Shown: positions 1 through 10,660 of the stretch, in pieces
Position numbering within the stretch: position 1 is the stretch's first letter
Layout: the number at the start of each line of letters is the position of its first letter
Assembly (NCBI GenBank): GCA_976226885.1
Contig: OZ320322.1
Span: forward strand, 25,792,001-25,856,000
Length of the DNA: 64,000 nt
Reading direction: 5' to 3'
Source of the DNA: Iphione sp. A-MEVVRFRX5
Lineage: Eukaryota
Made by a program: the position numbers and the translations under genes
Notes under the pieces: generated by a model
The model's input: only the letters and a program-made list of their open reading frames with translations
Told to the model about the DNA's origin: nothing
The model's database searches: none

Positions 1-976
1 ATTAGTATAATTTTAACATATACATTTGATCGGATATATTCTGACAGCCTTACTGGAAGATAGTTTCCCATCTGGCATAGGAATAATTATGATAAATATT
101 ACGAATACTTATTAACTACTACAAATGCTTTGCCGTTTCGGTTAAAAGCTAGTTTACTGATTTTGAAAGATGTATAAGGAATTGCAAATAATAGATGGCC
201 AAGACGCTCCTTTTAAACAGACTCATGGGCTATCCTTCGTGTTCCTTCACGTAGCTCAATTTATCCTCTGTATGTTTTACCAGTTATCATGTTCTTTCAT
301 GCTTTTTCAATGTGGTATTGTCTGCTCGCCGGGTCTCTCCTATATGGGACGGCAGTATTCTTTCCTTTTATTCAACGTGTTTTTAAGAAAATACTGAAAC
401 GGAAAAAAGAAATAAATATTCCAAATTATTGCAAAACATTAAATTGCTCTGTCATTTTGTCATCAGTGCCATGTCAAAGTCCATCGTACATATTTGATTT
501 GAATGCAGTCATAGTAAAGAGCTTTATGCATGTTACCGATATTAATCAAATTTTGTCACGTATCATATAGCTTCAAAATAGGTTCAATTATGTTTCATTG
601 TTTTTCAGAGTTCTATTATCAAAAATTCCGGGTAAGTGCGATCTTTTCATGAATAAATTCACCCCAGTTGAGATTCATTTTGAAATGTTCGCCTATAAAA
701 TTTCTTCTTTTTGGCAATAAAGTGGTTGATCCGAATGCAGCTGTACCGCCGGTTTGCACTAAGCGATTAAAGTATCTAGTATGAAATGTCAGATAGATGG
801 AGTAACAGCTACGGAAGGTGGGTGTGATGCAGCATTCCAAACAAAGACCATTTCTACATCAAGAATGCGTCGTGCACGTCATCGAATTATCCAAAATGGG
901 TGTGTTTAGCCTTCATACAGCTCCCTCTAAACCTTTCTCTTTCTGTTTCTGCTTTCTTTATTCGATGAACTCGCAG

Positions 977-1402
977 AATTTCTGCAAGTTGGTTCCATAC
1001 GATAGGATGGTGACGAAGAAGATAGAAATTGAGGGACACACGAAGGTCTGCAAAGCTCTTGTCGTCTACAAGAAATGCCAGGGATACTGTCCAAACTTCA
1101 CCATGTACCGTTACGTACGGAAGTTCATTTACGACCCTTATTACTACAAGACACGCGCCTACGGCAACGTGCTAGACGTGTTCAACCGGCACGCGTTCCA
1201 TTACGGACCTCGTCATAAGACCAAGTACTTCTCGGGGCGATTCGTCTGGTCCAGGGTGCCCTACGAACGTGCACGCTGCTGCAAGCCGTTCCGTATCGGC
1301 AAGCTGGTGCAGCTGGTCAAATTCGACTGTGGGAAGTTTGGCTACAAGAAGGTCGAGCTCGGTATCGAGCAGCCCAAATTCTGTGCCTGCGAGGACTGGT
1401 AA
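977..1402 (+). CDS. Terminal coding exon of a cystine-knot protein (glycoprotein hormone alpha/GPA2-, bursicon- or DAN-like); signal-peptide exon not located
   Basis: A pyrimidine tract (931-962) and cag| acceptor at 976 give a phase-0 exon NFCKLVP...CACEDW*. Cys pattern is C-x21-C-x8-CQGYC-x62-CC-x15-C-x17-CAC, containing the C-x-G-x-C, CC and C-x-C hallmarks of cystine knots. Codon third positions are GC-biased relative to the flanks. Confidence 0.8.
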   Translation, partial: NFCKLVPYDRMVTKKIEIEGHTKVCKALVVYKKCQGYCPNFTMYRYVRKFIYDPYYYKTRAYGNVLDVFNRHAFHYGPRHKTKYFSGRFVWSRVPYERARCCKPFRIGKLVQLVKFDCGKFGYKKVELGIEQPKFCACEDW

Positions 1403-3158
1403 AAGATTGCTACCATTTATATTTTAACATCTTCCACTTGTATAATTCACCGATTGCTTTTGCGGCTGTAACTCCTCCACCGCCAGACATCACAAACATG
1501 TGCTTTTGGCGTAGACATCCTGCAGCTTCTCTACACGTTTCCGATGGTAACAGACCCATCTTGGAGCTTTTGTAACATAGGGATTAGTTGGTTGGAAAAT
1601 ACTCGATCCTCCCTTTGATTCCAATGCTAGACTACTTTGTTCGTCTATATTCGAATTTCACACACTTTTTGGGTGATGCACTGTTGTTGGCTAGACTCAA
1701 ATATCACTCAAAAAAGCAATTGGTGAATATATTCATTTTATAAGGAAATACTCGACTCAATTAGCCTGGCAATGTCAGAAGATATAGTTTATAATACCAA
1801 TTCAAATTCCAAAGAATTTTTTTAGGCATAGTGGATATGTATCCCACTGCATAGCTCATGTCTTTTTCATAAAAATGAATTGTTTTAGTGTAGGGATAGG
1901 CAGAAACAATCATCATGCAGAGGTCATATACTCCCTGCTCCGTTGACATAATACCTATGCTATAGTTTTAGGGAGGGGCGATTAGTGATCCATACGTGCA
2001 GAAGATACCTTCTCTGGTCCGTCGAAATAATGTTTTATCTCTGCTTTTTCAGCGCATTCTGAGGCGGTGGTCCTTTATATCTGTGTTGCGATCACAGACA
2101 GAATATGGAAACACACAATCACGTGTACTAACTTCATTCGAGATATTCGGATGTGATACTAGAGGCATATAATATGCATCATTGTTATTTATTTAAACAT
2201 ATCTCCAGTCAATATTGCAAGACGTGTAACCTTAGAGCTATCTCCTCCCTTCCGACTACCAATATGTCCATTGCCTGCCACAATGATTCGCCCTTTCTTT
2301 TTCGAGAGCAATGGAAAACAATTCTCTTGATGTGAAGAGGTAGCCTCTACTTGGAAGGATAACATTTTGTTTTTTTATTTTTCAAGAGATTGTGCTGAAC
2401 ATTTTCGACGTCAACGTTATTTTCCCCGCTACTGTATTATTGAGATGTGTCGATAAGAATGATTGTGTCGTTGTTTCTCCCATGTATACAAATAGAATAA
2501 AATTAATATATACTTATAAACTCACGGGGTTGTTAATCATTTAATTATCCACATAATCATTTTTAGTGAGCCGCATTCAATTATAAAGCATTTTGAAAAG
2601 AAAAGAAAAAAATACGAAAGGAGATACAAAAAGTGTAACAGAAAGGACGATGGAAAGGGTGATATGGTACATTCTTAATGAGGTTAAACTCCATGACAAT
2701 CAACAAATAAAAAGTAACAGCACTGGGTTAAATAAAAGAGCAGTATATGTATTCAACATGTTGGTGATTTGTTTTTGTATAGTTTTGTCACCCAAACTAT
2801 AATGAGACCGAACGTTACTTTTCTGATGAAGTCCGTAAAGTTGTATATACTGGATGAAATCAGCAACAGACACATAAATAGATTTTGCCCACAGCGATGC
2901 CACGTGAATAATATTAAACGAGAGGTTGATCGTCCAAGTCAAAGACTGCATCGATGACTTTGTCAAGCTTAATTTAATAAGACACTTCCCAGTTTAATCG
3001 TTGGAAGCATGGCTCTGTCACGGGGAGTCGTTTGGAAGGACACTATTTGTTATCTCTTGAATTTTCGCGCGTCGTGACTAGAACATACACCATACGCACT
3101 ATCTATTCCGTTTACGTAAACATTATGTACACAGTTCCTTATTCACAAGGGAGAGTGA

Positions 3159-5771
3159 CTAGGTGTGATCTTGTGGGGCATCGTCCCCTGTGACCAACGT
3201 GTTGCCCTTCTCCCCACGCCGCCAGACTTTGATGCTGCCGTCCTCAGCCATCGTTGTTTCATACTGAGCGGACGAGGCGTAGCCCTTCGTATAGTCCAGG
3301 GCACCCAGGAGGTTCGGGTCAAAGTCTTCCAAGTCGCCCGATAGGGCTACGTTGGGGCTGTTTGTCGTCTGCTGCAGACCAGCCAGCGTCTTGGTGGCGT
3401 CTACCACCGCGAATTCATGCCTCAGTGCGAGCGCGATGAGGTAGTTGTTGTACATGGCCCTGCCTATGACAAGGTCGGGAATGTGTTGCCACGGGAAGAG
3501 GTGGTCGGCGAGGAGGAAAGTCTCCTCAAAGCCGGTGCCGCTGCTGCCCGGCCGTGCGGCTGTCTCCGTACGAATGACCTTGTCCACCTCGTCCGGCTTA
3601 GACAGCTGTTCTCCGTCGGGCATGATGTGCTGCAGGCGCACGCCCACCAGCAATGCCTTGTCAATTTGGGCGCCGAGGACCTGCTCGACGGCATGGGCCG
3701 ACCGCAGCAGGCTGGGGCCAAAGAGCAGCTCGCCGCTAAGGTAGCCATAGAAGCGGCTGTCGGGAATCACCCGCTGGACTTGGGTGAACATTTGCTTCAA
3801 CGGTAACACCGAACCGGAGTGACGCGGTAGGGGGAGGACCGTCCAGTTGGCAGCCGCCGCCGCCACCTCGATAATGGCGTTTCGCCCGTCCGAGAAGAGC
3901 ACGGCGGTCACGTGGTTTCCCGGGAGGGACATCCAGTTCTGGAGGACATTGAGGCGGAATTCATGCTGGAAGTTGTTTCGGGTGTCGAAGGTCGTAAACA
4001 GGGTGAGACGACCGTAACAGGAGCAGTTCGTCGCATCGTCCTCCTTTGAAGTACCGCTGTCCATGTCATCCTGTCCACTGGGGAGGGCAGTTTTATGGTT
4101 CGCAGACCCATTTGACGCGGCCTGCGATCTGTTTTCATTCCCCGCCGTATGAGAGGTAGTCGCGTTGGTGTTTCTGCTTGCATCAGAGACATTCTTCTGG
4201 TCAGTTCCATGCGTAATTAAGTAGGAACTTTTATTTTTCTCCTCTAGATCCGAGTGTGCCGATATTCTCTCACGTATGGAGATGTTCAGTTGCTCGCTCA
4301 CTCTCAAATGATGTGAGCGCTCCTCCTTCCTCAATTGCTCCATTAGGATGTTGGAGTATTTCCAACTATCGCCTTGATTCATAGATATGTGTTTATCACC
4401 TGCTTCATGTGCAGATAAAGCCTGTACACTGTGTCCTTGAGGGCCGGAGACACCAGCATAGGACAGTTGACTAGCATTGTCAGTCTCGGATATTCCAGCC
4501 ACATTCGCGCCGTGAGTGGACGATAAATTCAAATGTTTTAATGAGAGATTGCCCCCAGCCAGTCGAGACGTGTTTCGTATCGTGACTGGGAAACGGTGAG
4601 AGCTGGTCGATGGGTTTAAAAGTATTGCACGATCCTGAGATCTCATGGAAGCGGTAGTGGTGTGCCCTACTGGAGTAAGCAATGTTTCTGCCGCATTTAG
4701 CCCCTGGCGCCGCCACAACTGAACGCGGCCGTCGGTGCCATACTTGGTGACGTACTGTGAGCCACTCGTGAGTCCCTCGCTGTAGTCAAAGCGACCGATG
4801 ATGCGCGTGTTATAGTTGGCGTCGCGGTTTCTGTGCCCCGCAAAGTCGCCGTCTACCCCGGTCTGATGCAGGGCTACCAGAGTGCGCGTCGCGTCGACGA
4901 CGGCCACCCCCTGCTTCTTAGCCGTGGCCACCAGGAAGTTATCATAGGCCGGGCGGCCGATGACGATACCCGGCACGGCGCGCCACGGGAAGTCGTTGTG
5001 CGCCAGCAGGAAGTAGTCCTCCGCGTCGCTCCTGAAGAGGCGGCCCTCCGCCTCGGCCAGGGCGCGCACCTGGCGGAGGCTCGTGACGCGCCGACCGTGC
5101 ACTTTGAAGTTGGTGCGTCGGCCGACCACCAGGGACTTGTGGAGAAATTCCAGGTGGGCCGTCACTTGTCTCAGCGTGTCGCTTAGTCCCTCGTCGAAGA
5201 GGATGTCCCCGTTGGCGTAGCCGTAGAAAACGCTGTTGGGGACGTGCTGCTGGCAGGCGAAGAAGAGCTCCTTGAGGAGAGGCGTGCCGTAGATGTTCTT
5301 GGCGGGCACGGGTAGTACTGTCCAGTTCAGCTTGAGCGCGAACTCGACTAGACTCCTGTCCGTGTGGTCGTCGAAGAGCACGGCGCGTACGTGCGGTTGC
5401 AGTAACGCCCAATTGTTGATGACGTTCCAGTGAATTCGCCATCGGTCGCGCCGCTTTTTGAACGTTGTGAACAGTGTCAACAGGGGCGACCGTACCTGAG
5501 CCCCGGCCCCGATAAGGTCACTGGTGAGGAGCACTTCGCGGGCCAGACGCTCCTCCGGCGTCTTCCCTCCGACGACACCTCCCACCCCGGCGGCGTTCCA
5601 CGACAGGCGACCATTCGCCAGCGACAGGACGGCAAACGTCAAGCCGGAAGCCAGGAGCAGCAGCGAAAAAAGAGGCCTTGAGCCAAACCGGAAGTAGCGA
5701 CCCGCTGTAGCGGATGTCAACTTCCGGTTGCTGCCTCGACCCTCCGTGCGGTCTACCCCCTGGGGATACAT
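3159..5771 (-). CDS. 870-aa type II membrane protein with two tandem GT-A-like (nucleotide-diphospho-sugar transferase-like) domains
   Basis: Uninterrupted 2.6 kb ORF with strong GC3 bias and an N-terminal hydrophobic anchor (PLFSLLLLASGLTFAVLSLA) after a basic tail. Internal repeat: LTLFTTF...NW...NWTVLP...FYGY...IGR..Y.N.L...VVDAT.TL..L.QT...WRR occurs twice. Domain 1 has a YANGDILF DxD-type motif. The CDS is certain; the enzyme assignment is an inference. Confidence 0.85.
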   Translation of the reverse strand: MYPQGVDRTEGRGSNRKLTSATAGRYFRFGSRPLFSLLLLASGLTFAVLSLANGRLSWNAAGVGGVVGGKTPEERLAREVLLTSDLIGAGAQVRSPLLTLFTTFKKRRDRWRIHWNVINNWALLQPHVRAVLFDDHTDRSLVEFALKLNWTVLPVPAKNIYGTPLLKELFFACQQHVPNSVFYGYANGDILFDEGLSDTLRQVTAHLEFLHKSLVVGRRTNFKVHGRRVTSLRQVRALAEAEGRLFRSDAEDYFLLAHNDFPWRAVPGIVIGRPAYDNFLVATAKKQGVAVVDATRTLVALHQTGVDGDFAGHRNRDANYNTRIIGRFDYSEGLTSGSQYVTKYGTDGRVQLWRRQGLNAAETLLTPVGHTTTASMRSQDRAILLNPSTSSHRFPVTIRNTSRLAGGNLSLKHLNLSSTHGANVAGISETDNASQLSYAGVSGPQGHSVQALSAHEAGDKHISMNQGDSWKYSNILMEQLRKEERSHHLRVSEQLNISIRERISAHSDLEEKNKSSYLITHGTDQKNVSDASRNTNATTSHTAGNENRSQAASNGSANHKTALPSGQDDMDSGTSKEDDATNCSCYGRLTLFTTFDTRNNFQHEFRLNVLQNWMSLPGNHVTAVLFSDGRNAIIEVAAAAANWTVLPLPRHSGSVLPLKQMFTQVQRVIPDSRFYGYLSGELLFGPSLLRSAHAVEQVLGAQIDKALLVGVRLQHIMPDGEQLSKPDEVDKVIRTETAARPGSSGTGFEETFLLADHLFPWQHIPDLVIGRAMYNNYLIALALRHEFAVVDATKTLAGLQQTTNSPNVALSGDLEDFDPNLLGALDYTKGYASSAQYETTMAEDGSIKVWRRGEKGNTLVTGDDAPQDHT

Positions 5772-5970
5772 CCTGATTGCCTCCCGCCCACGCGTGTAAC
5801 TAGGCGCTGTGACGACCGACCGGCTGTCCCCTGGGCACCGTGGCCATGTTTCTCAATTTGTCCCTCTGCCGCCACGGGGTGTCGCTCGACGGATCCGTCA
5901 ACGGCCGAAAAAACGGGGGGGGGGGGGGGCGCCCGAGCTGCCACGTCTTGACCTGCAAGAGAAGAACAGA
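5772..5970 (-). other. 5' UTR part of the coding exon and splice acceptor of the glycosyltransferase-like gene
   Basis: The minus strand reads tctgttcttctcttgcag|GTCAAG, with the exon starting at 5952, 181 nt upstream of the ATG. This implies an upstream non-coding exon. Confidence 0.55.
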
Positions 5971-8442
5971 CGGTGTCTTTTACACGGCTAGTTGCTCGGG
6001 AAGCTAGAAGCAGCGTGGCATCGATAATTCAAGACTGGTTGAGCAACGACAATGACAGTCACCAGGACGGTATGGACTCTTATTTCTCTGCATCAGGAGT
6101 TGGACTTCAATTATACACCAGGGGAGCGGCATTTGAATGTTAGGCAAGATTAAAAACAATATGCTGTTATATTCCACTGTCTTATCACTCTAATCCTTTT
6201 ATATTTCAGGATACGAGCTTTACTACCAAAGTGTAAAGTACGACGACATTAAAAGTAGTTTGCCAAAGATCCTATCTGAAATTAATAGTTAAATTTCATG
6301 AATAACCGGCGATGACCTTCCAAAGGGATCAGCGTTTGATCTTTCTTTTTTTAAACATATTTCACATTTTTGACTGTTTGTCGCTGAATATGCAGAAAGA
6401 AGAAGCTGTGCCATAGAGCAGGAATAATCCCTTAAGAGAGACGTCTCCATGCGAAGACACTTGTCGCCTTTTGTCGAGAAGAGGCCATTGCCAGCTCATC
6501 AAGGCGCTGATCACAAACTGCTGCCCTGTCCACATTTCACACGCTGCGACTACCTTTAGTAGCCGAGTCACGTTACATTCAACAAGAACGGGAACATGTT
6601 AGTTCGTTATTGGCAGTGTTAATTAAGAGAGACTTTTGTCGTCCTTCGAACGAGGTGGCAGTCCAATTAGCACTGCTTGTCGACAGAGCGCACCTCGTTA
6701 AGTAGACACTGTGTCCATATTGGTTGGACAACATATACTGTGCATACAAATGATACACCTACGTACGTCAGACTTCATTTTACTCACTCCTTGACCTGTT
6801 TTATATGCCGTACATCTTTCTATCTTCATTTCAAATAAAAGTATGAAACTATTTCTTCATTAATATACACAGAATGGAAAACCTGCATGGTAATAAAAGG
6901 ATTATTTGACAACTGGAAAAAAATATAATTTCATATCAAAAAACGGTCTTAATAAACGATTTTAATCGTCGGTGGTATTTACGCGGCTAATCCGGTAGCC
7001 CTCTACCCTAAATTAAAGATACATTCAATGAGTGGAAAAAAACTCGCCTAGTTTTGCTGTACTCTTTCCAGAAATGGTTTGGGGGAAGTTCAAATTTTCT
7101 CGACTATGTACCTCCTTATCTAGGCACTCCTGTCGTATTCTGCATCCATAGCATTTCTTTAGAAATGCATCAAACAAATTACTTTTCTCCGAAAAAAAAG
7201 AATTAGTCATTGGGTACGTCTAGGCCCATCTGGGTACCACGAAATAGAGACAGAAGCAGTGCGTGATAAAACCAGGAGGGGAGGAGAAAAATCAGAAGCC
7301 ATAACTTCATGTAGGAAGTTTTAAAGATAGCGCATATCCTTTGATGCAGGCCTACATGTACCTCAGGTTAAATAAAACGTGAGGCACAGAACACAGCAAA
7401 ATGTTTATCTGTTATGGTTAGGTACATAAATTATACCAACATATGTATTAATTAACATTAGTTATACTAAATCTGATTCATACTCCTATTACAGTTCATG
7501 CATATGCGCTAATGCATATACACATCATCTATGCATATATACATCATTTTCTATATCAAGGGATCAAAGAAATAAAGGCCCGATTCCCATAGTAGTGTTT
7601 TAGCCGTGTATTTGGCATTCTGTAAGTAACCCTGCCTGTGACAGAGAGTCATTATAAGAAATTCACAAACGTCCACGTATGGAGCAGTCTAGTGGGACAT
7701 GTGCCACAGTTGATGTCCTGTTCCTCGCCTTGACGTTCGGTCCCTGTGTAGAAGCTGGCAACTGGTGCATACTATGACAACGATGTATGACAAGAGACCT
7801 CTGCAAATGTAATCAACTAGATAATAAGGACTTGAAAGGGAAAAAGAATGAAACAGAAAGGCACGATAAATGGAAGACTACCAATAATAAGACCGGATAT
7901 AATGAGAAAAGGCCGACCACAGGATTGAGACTAAGACAATAGGCGCAATCTTCATACGGGAATAAATCATTATTCAGTGGAGAGTATATAAATGTCGCTT
8001 CTTTTTTTAAGATCAGGACTCCCTTTTTTCTATGAACAGTAAAGTGAACAGCGCACAATATTTATGCTCAAAGCGGACGGAGAGATGAAAAGAGAGATAC
8101 AGGCGTACACACTATAGGGAATATGACTCAGCCAGAACAAAGAGGCGTTGGCCATGGGAAGAAATGCATCACTGGCGACTGGCAGTGATCTGAGGCCCCC
8201 TTTTTTCTCCTTCTTATTTTTTATCCTTTACATGAACCAATGTCGTCCGTCTACTGCAACCTTTTAGGCTATTCTTGTACAGAGTTTTATGATTATACCT
8301 TCCAACCTCTTCTTCCCCAACCATCCTTCTCGCGTCTGTTATGGCGTTTTCTCTCGTGATCGGTCACCTCCCTCCTCCTCCTCCTCCACCTCCTCCCCAT
8401 ACTCTCACCAGTTTCTCCATCGTTCTTACGTGCCCTGCTCAC

Positions 8443-8625
8443 CGCCCGCTATACACACGGTTCCCTGTCATCTCGGGGCCTCAGTGAAAATCACCACCCG
8501 CCGGCAAAGCGGAAATAACGACCATTGCACTGACGACGCCTGGCGGCGGGGAGTTTGATGAGTTCAGCCGGGGCAGGCTCCGTTCCTCGAAGTAGGCGAG
8601 GGTCTCTATCGAAGTACTGTATCAG
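8443..8625. promoter_or_regulatory. Candidate bidirectional promoter with two divergent short first exons
   Basis: CpG-rich island with an ETS-like GCGGAAAT at ~8511. Minus-strand donor GCG|GTGAGC (exon edge 8443) and plus-strand donor CAG|GTAGCT (exon edge 8625). Confidence 0.4.
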
Positions 8626-8797
8626 GTAGCTTAGTGCTGGAGGGATCTAGCCAGCTGCATGCAGAAACTTAGCAACCAGTTAGGTTTTTTTTCTTAAAAG
8701 CAACATGAAGTGAAGTGTTTACGTATACGATTAAAATGTTGCACTTTTATGTGCCTCCTAGTTATAAAATGCGAATAGCATTTTATTTTATTTCTAG

Positions 8798-8919
8798 GTG
8801 AGGGGAGTGGGTTTGCCCATAGTGCTATATGGTCAGTCTGAAAGGCTAAGGAACTATTCTTCTTCGTGACGCCAGGGGCAAGATGCGAAAACTAGGCTTC
8901 CACTGCAGTCCACAGACAC
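8798..8919 (+). other. Candidate internal exon (122 nt) of a plus-strand, probably non-coding or 5' UTR transcript
   Basis: Acceptor ttttattttatttctag| and donor CAC|GTAAGT. All three frames contain stops; only a short ATG frame (MRKLGFHCSPQT) reaches the donor. Confidence 0.4.
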
Positions 8920-10660
8920 GTAAGTGAAAATCAGTGAAAGTGGCAGCAATGCTAGCCCTAGTAAATCATGTTTCAGCCTCTGGAAAGAGAGGTAAAACAT
9001 TAACTCTCCTAGATACAGGAGTACAAGAAAAAATTGATATCTTACCATACATCATTTTAAACCTGGAGAATTATACTTTGATTTGGCATTAATTCTATTT
9101 CTATAATTCAGTCACTATTGTAACAGGATAGTCCTGAGTATAGGTAATGTTTTCTGGAAATAATGAAAAATTTCCACTTATTGACAGTATATGTCAAGAA
9201 AGAGTTATAAATATTGGTTTTAGAGAAAAACTTACTATTGAGCAAATATTCAGTAAATGATTTGCAATCTTTTGACGCCTCATTTGTTACTGTCCATAGA
9301 TTAAGTACATTGTATCATGATCCATCATTTTGCATCTATCACCTTAAAAATGTAACACCACATGCATGCATCAGCCTCATGACTGATATTGCATCAGCAG
9401 ACATCGGGTGTTACAAAGGTAACAGGTTAAATAATAGATCTATCATTTCAATAAGATCTAAATGCTCTTTAGTCATTTTAACTCTTTGTATATAATTTTT
9501 GCAGAAAACATAACATATTTTAAAGAGATTTGGCAGATATAATGTGTATACCTATTGCAAAGCACTATGTGATGCATCCCATCATATATATATCTATTGC
9601 TAGTGGAGATGCAACTGACATTGGTCTGTTGTATACTATCTAATTTAATAAAGAAGAGTACAAACTATTACAAATTGCTTGAAATGAAAATGTGCTCAAA
9701 TTCTATGGTATGATTTCAAAATAGATTGGAAATCTATATACTACTTGAATTGTACAGGGGCGTCCTTATATCACAATCAATGTGTATGGTGCTCAAGGTA
9801 GTGCTAACTCTAATTTATGCAAATGATCTAGGTCATGTGACCAGGTTCCCAAGGTATCTTCTGAACATTAATTATTTTTTTGTAAGGACTGAGGAAAAAT
9901 CCAAATTCTGGACATATGTTCATAGTAGGCAGTGTAATATCTTTAAATATGACTGAACAGCATGCCAATCAAATCCCATCAGACAAAAATATCCGGTTTT
10001 ACCATTGTTGGTCGTTAAAGGGCTAGATGAATTTGCCGTTATTGTCATGTTCCTTATTGGGAAAGAACAGATAAGAAAACAAAATAATACAAAGTCCAGC
10101 AGAGGACACATGTCCTTCTTCGAGGTAAATGTGCCATTTTTTTTATTGTAAAACCATTTGCTAGTTCCTAAATACATGTGTCATGGTAAATGCAAATGAT
10201 GATCTATAACATACGACCATATGACTACCTATCAGATCAATATACCGCAGCAATAAAGAACAATCTGAAAGTATGGGCAACTGTTACTTTGTCTAATATT
10301 CTTTAATTAAGTGTATTTTCTATGCGGGACCGTCCTCCAATCCAGACCGCATGGCATTGAACCTTAAGTATGAGAAAGATGTGTTGTCTTGATTACTAAC
10401 CTGTTTTCAATGTAAGATGTTTCTTTCCTCTGTATTATAGAGTTGTTCTGATTGGAGAATATCACCACATTGTTCTATATTCACAGCACAAATGAATGCT
10501 GTAAATTTTGAAATTCGTTTTCAAGATACAGTTCGATATAGATCAGTAAAATAGGTTCTAGCTGATACGAGAGCAGCGCAGTCTTTGCATTTTAATGGCA
10601 TCTTTCTGAATTAGAGCTATTCAAAGTCTTAAACAACAACAGGAGGAAATATATATATAT

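Noticed and set aside
818-976. N-terminal 53 aa of the 194-aa ORF
   Set aside because: It starts at GTG, translates a pyrimidine tract (FSFCFCFLY) and has no signal peptide. It is best read as the intron before the acceptor at 976.
2823-2860. Hammerhead-ribozyme-like CTGATGA...GAAA with a possible stem II
   Set aside because: No complementary stems I and III around a UH cleavage site could be built in either topology. The similar motif at ~25274 also fails.
3254-5681. Several overlapping or antisense ORFs inside the GT-like gene
   Set aside because: These are expected shadows of a GC-rich coding sequence and have no independent features.
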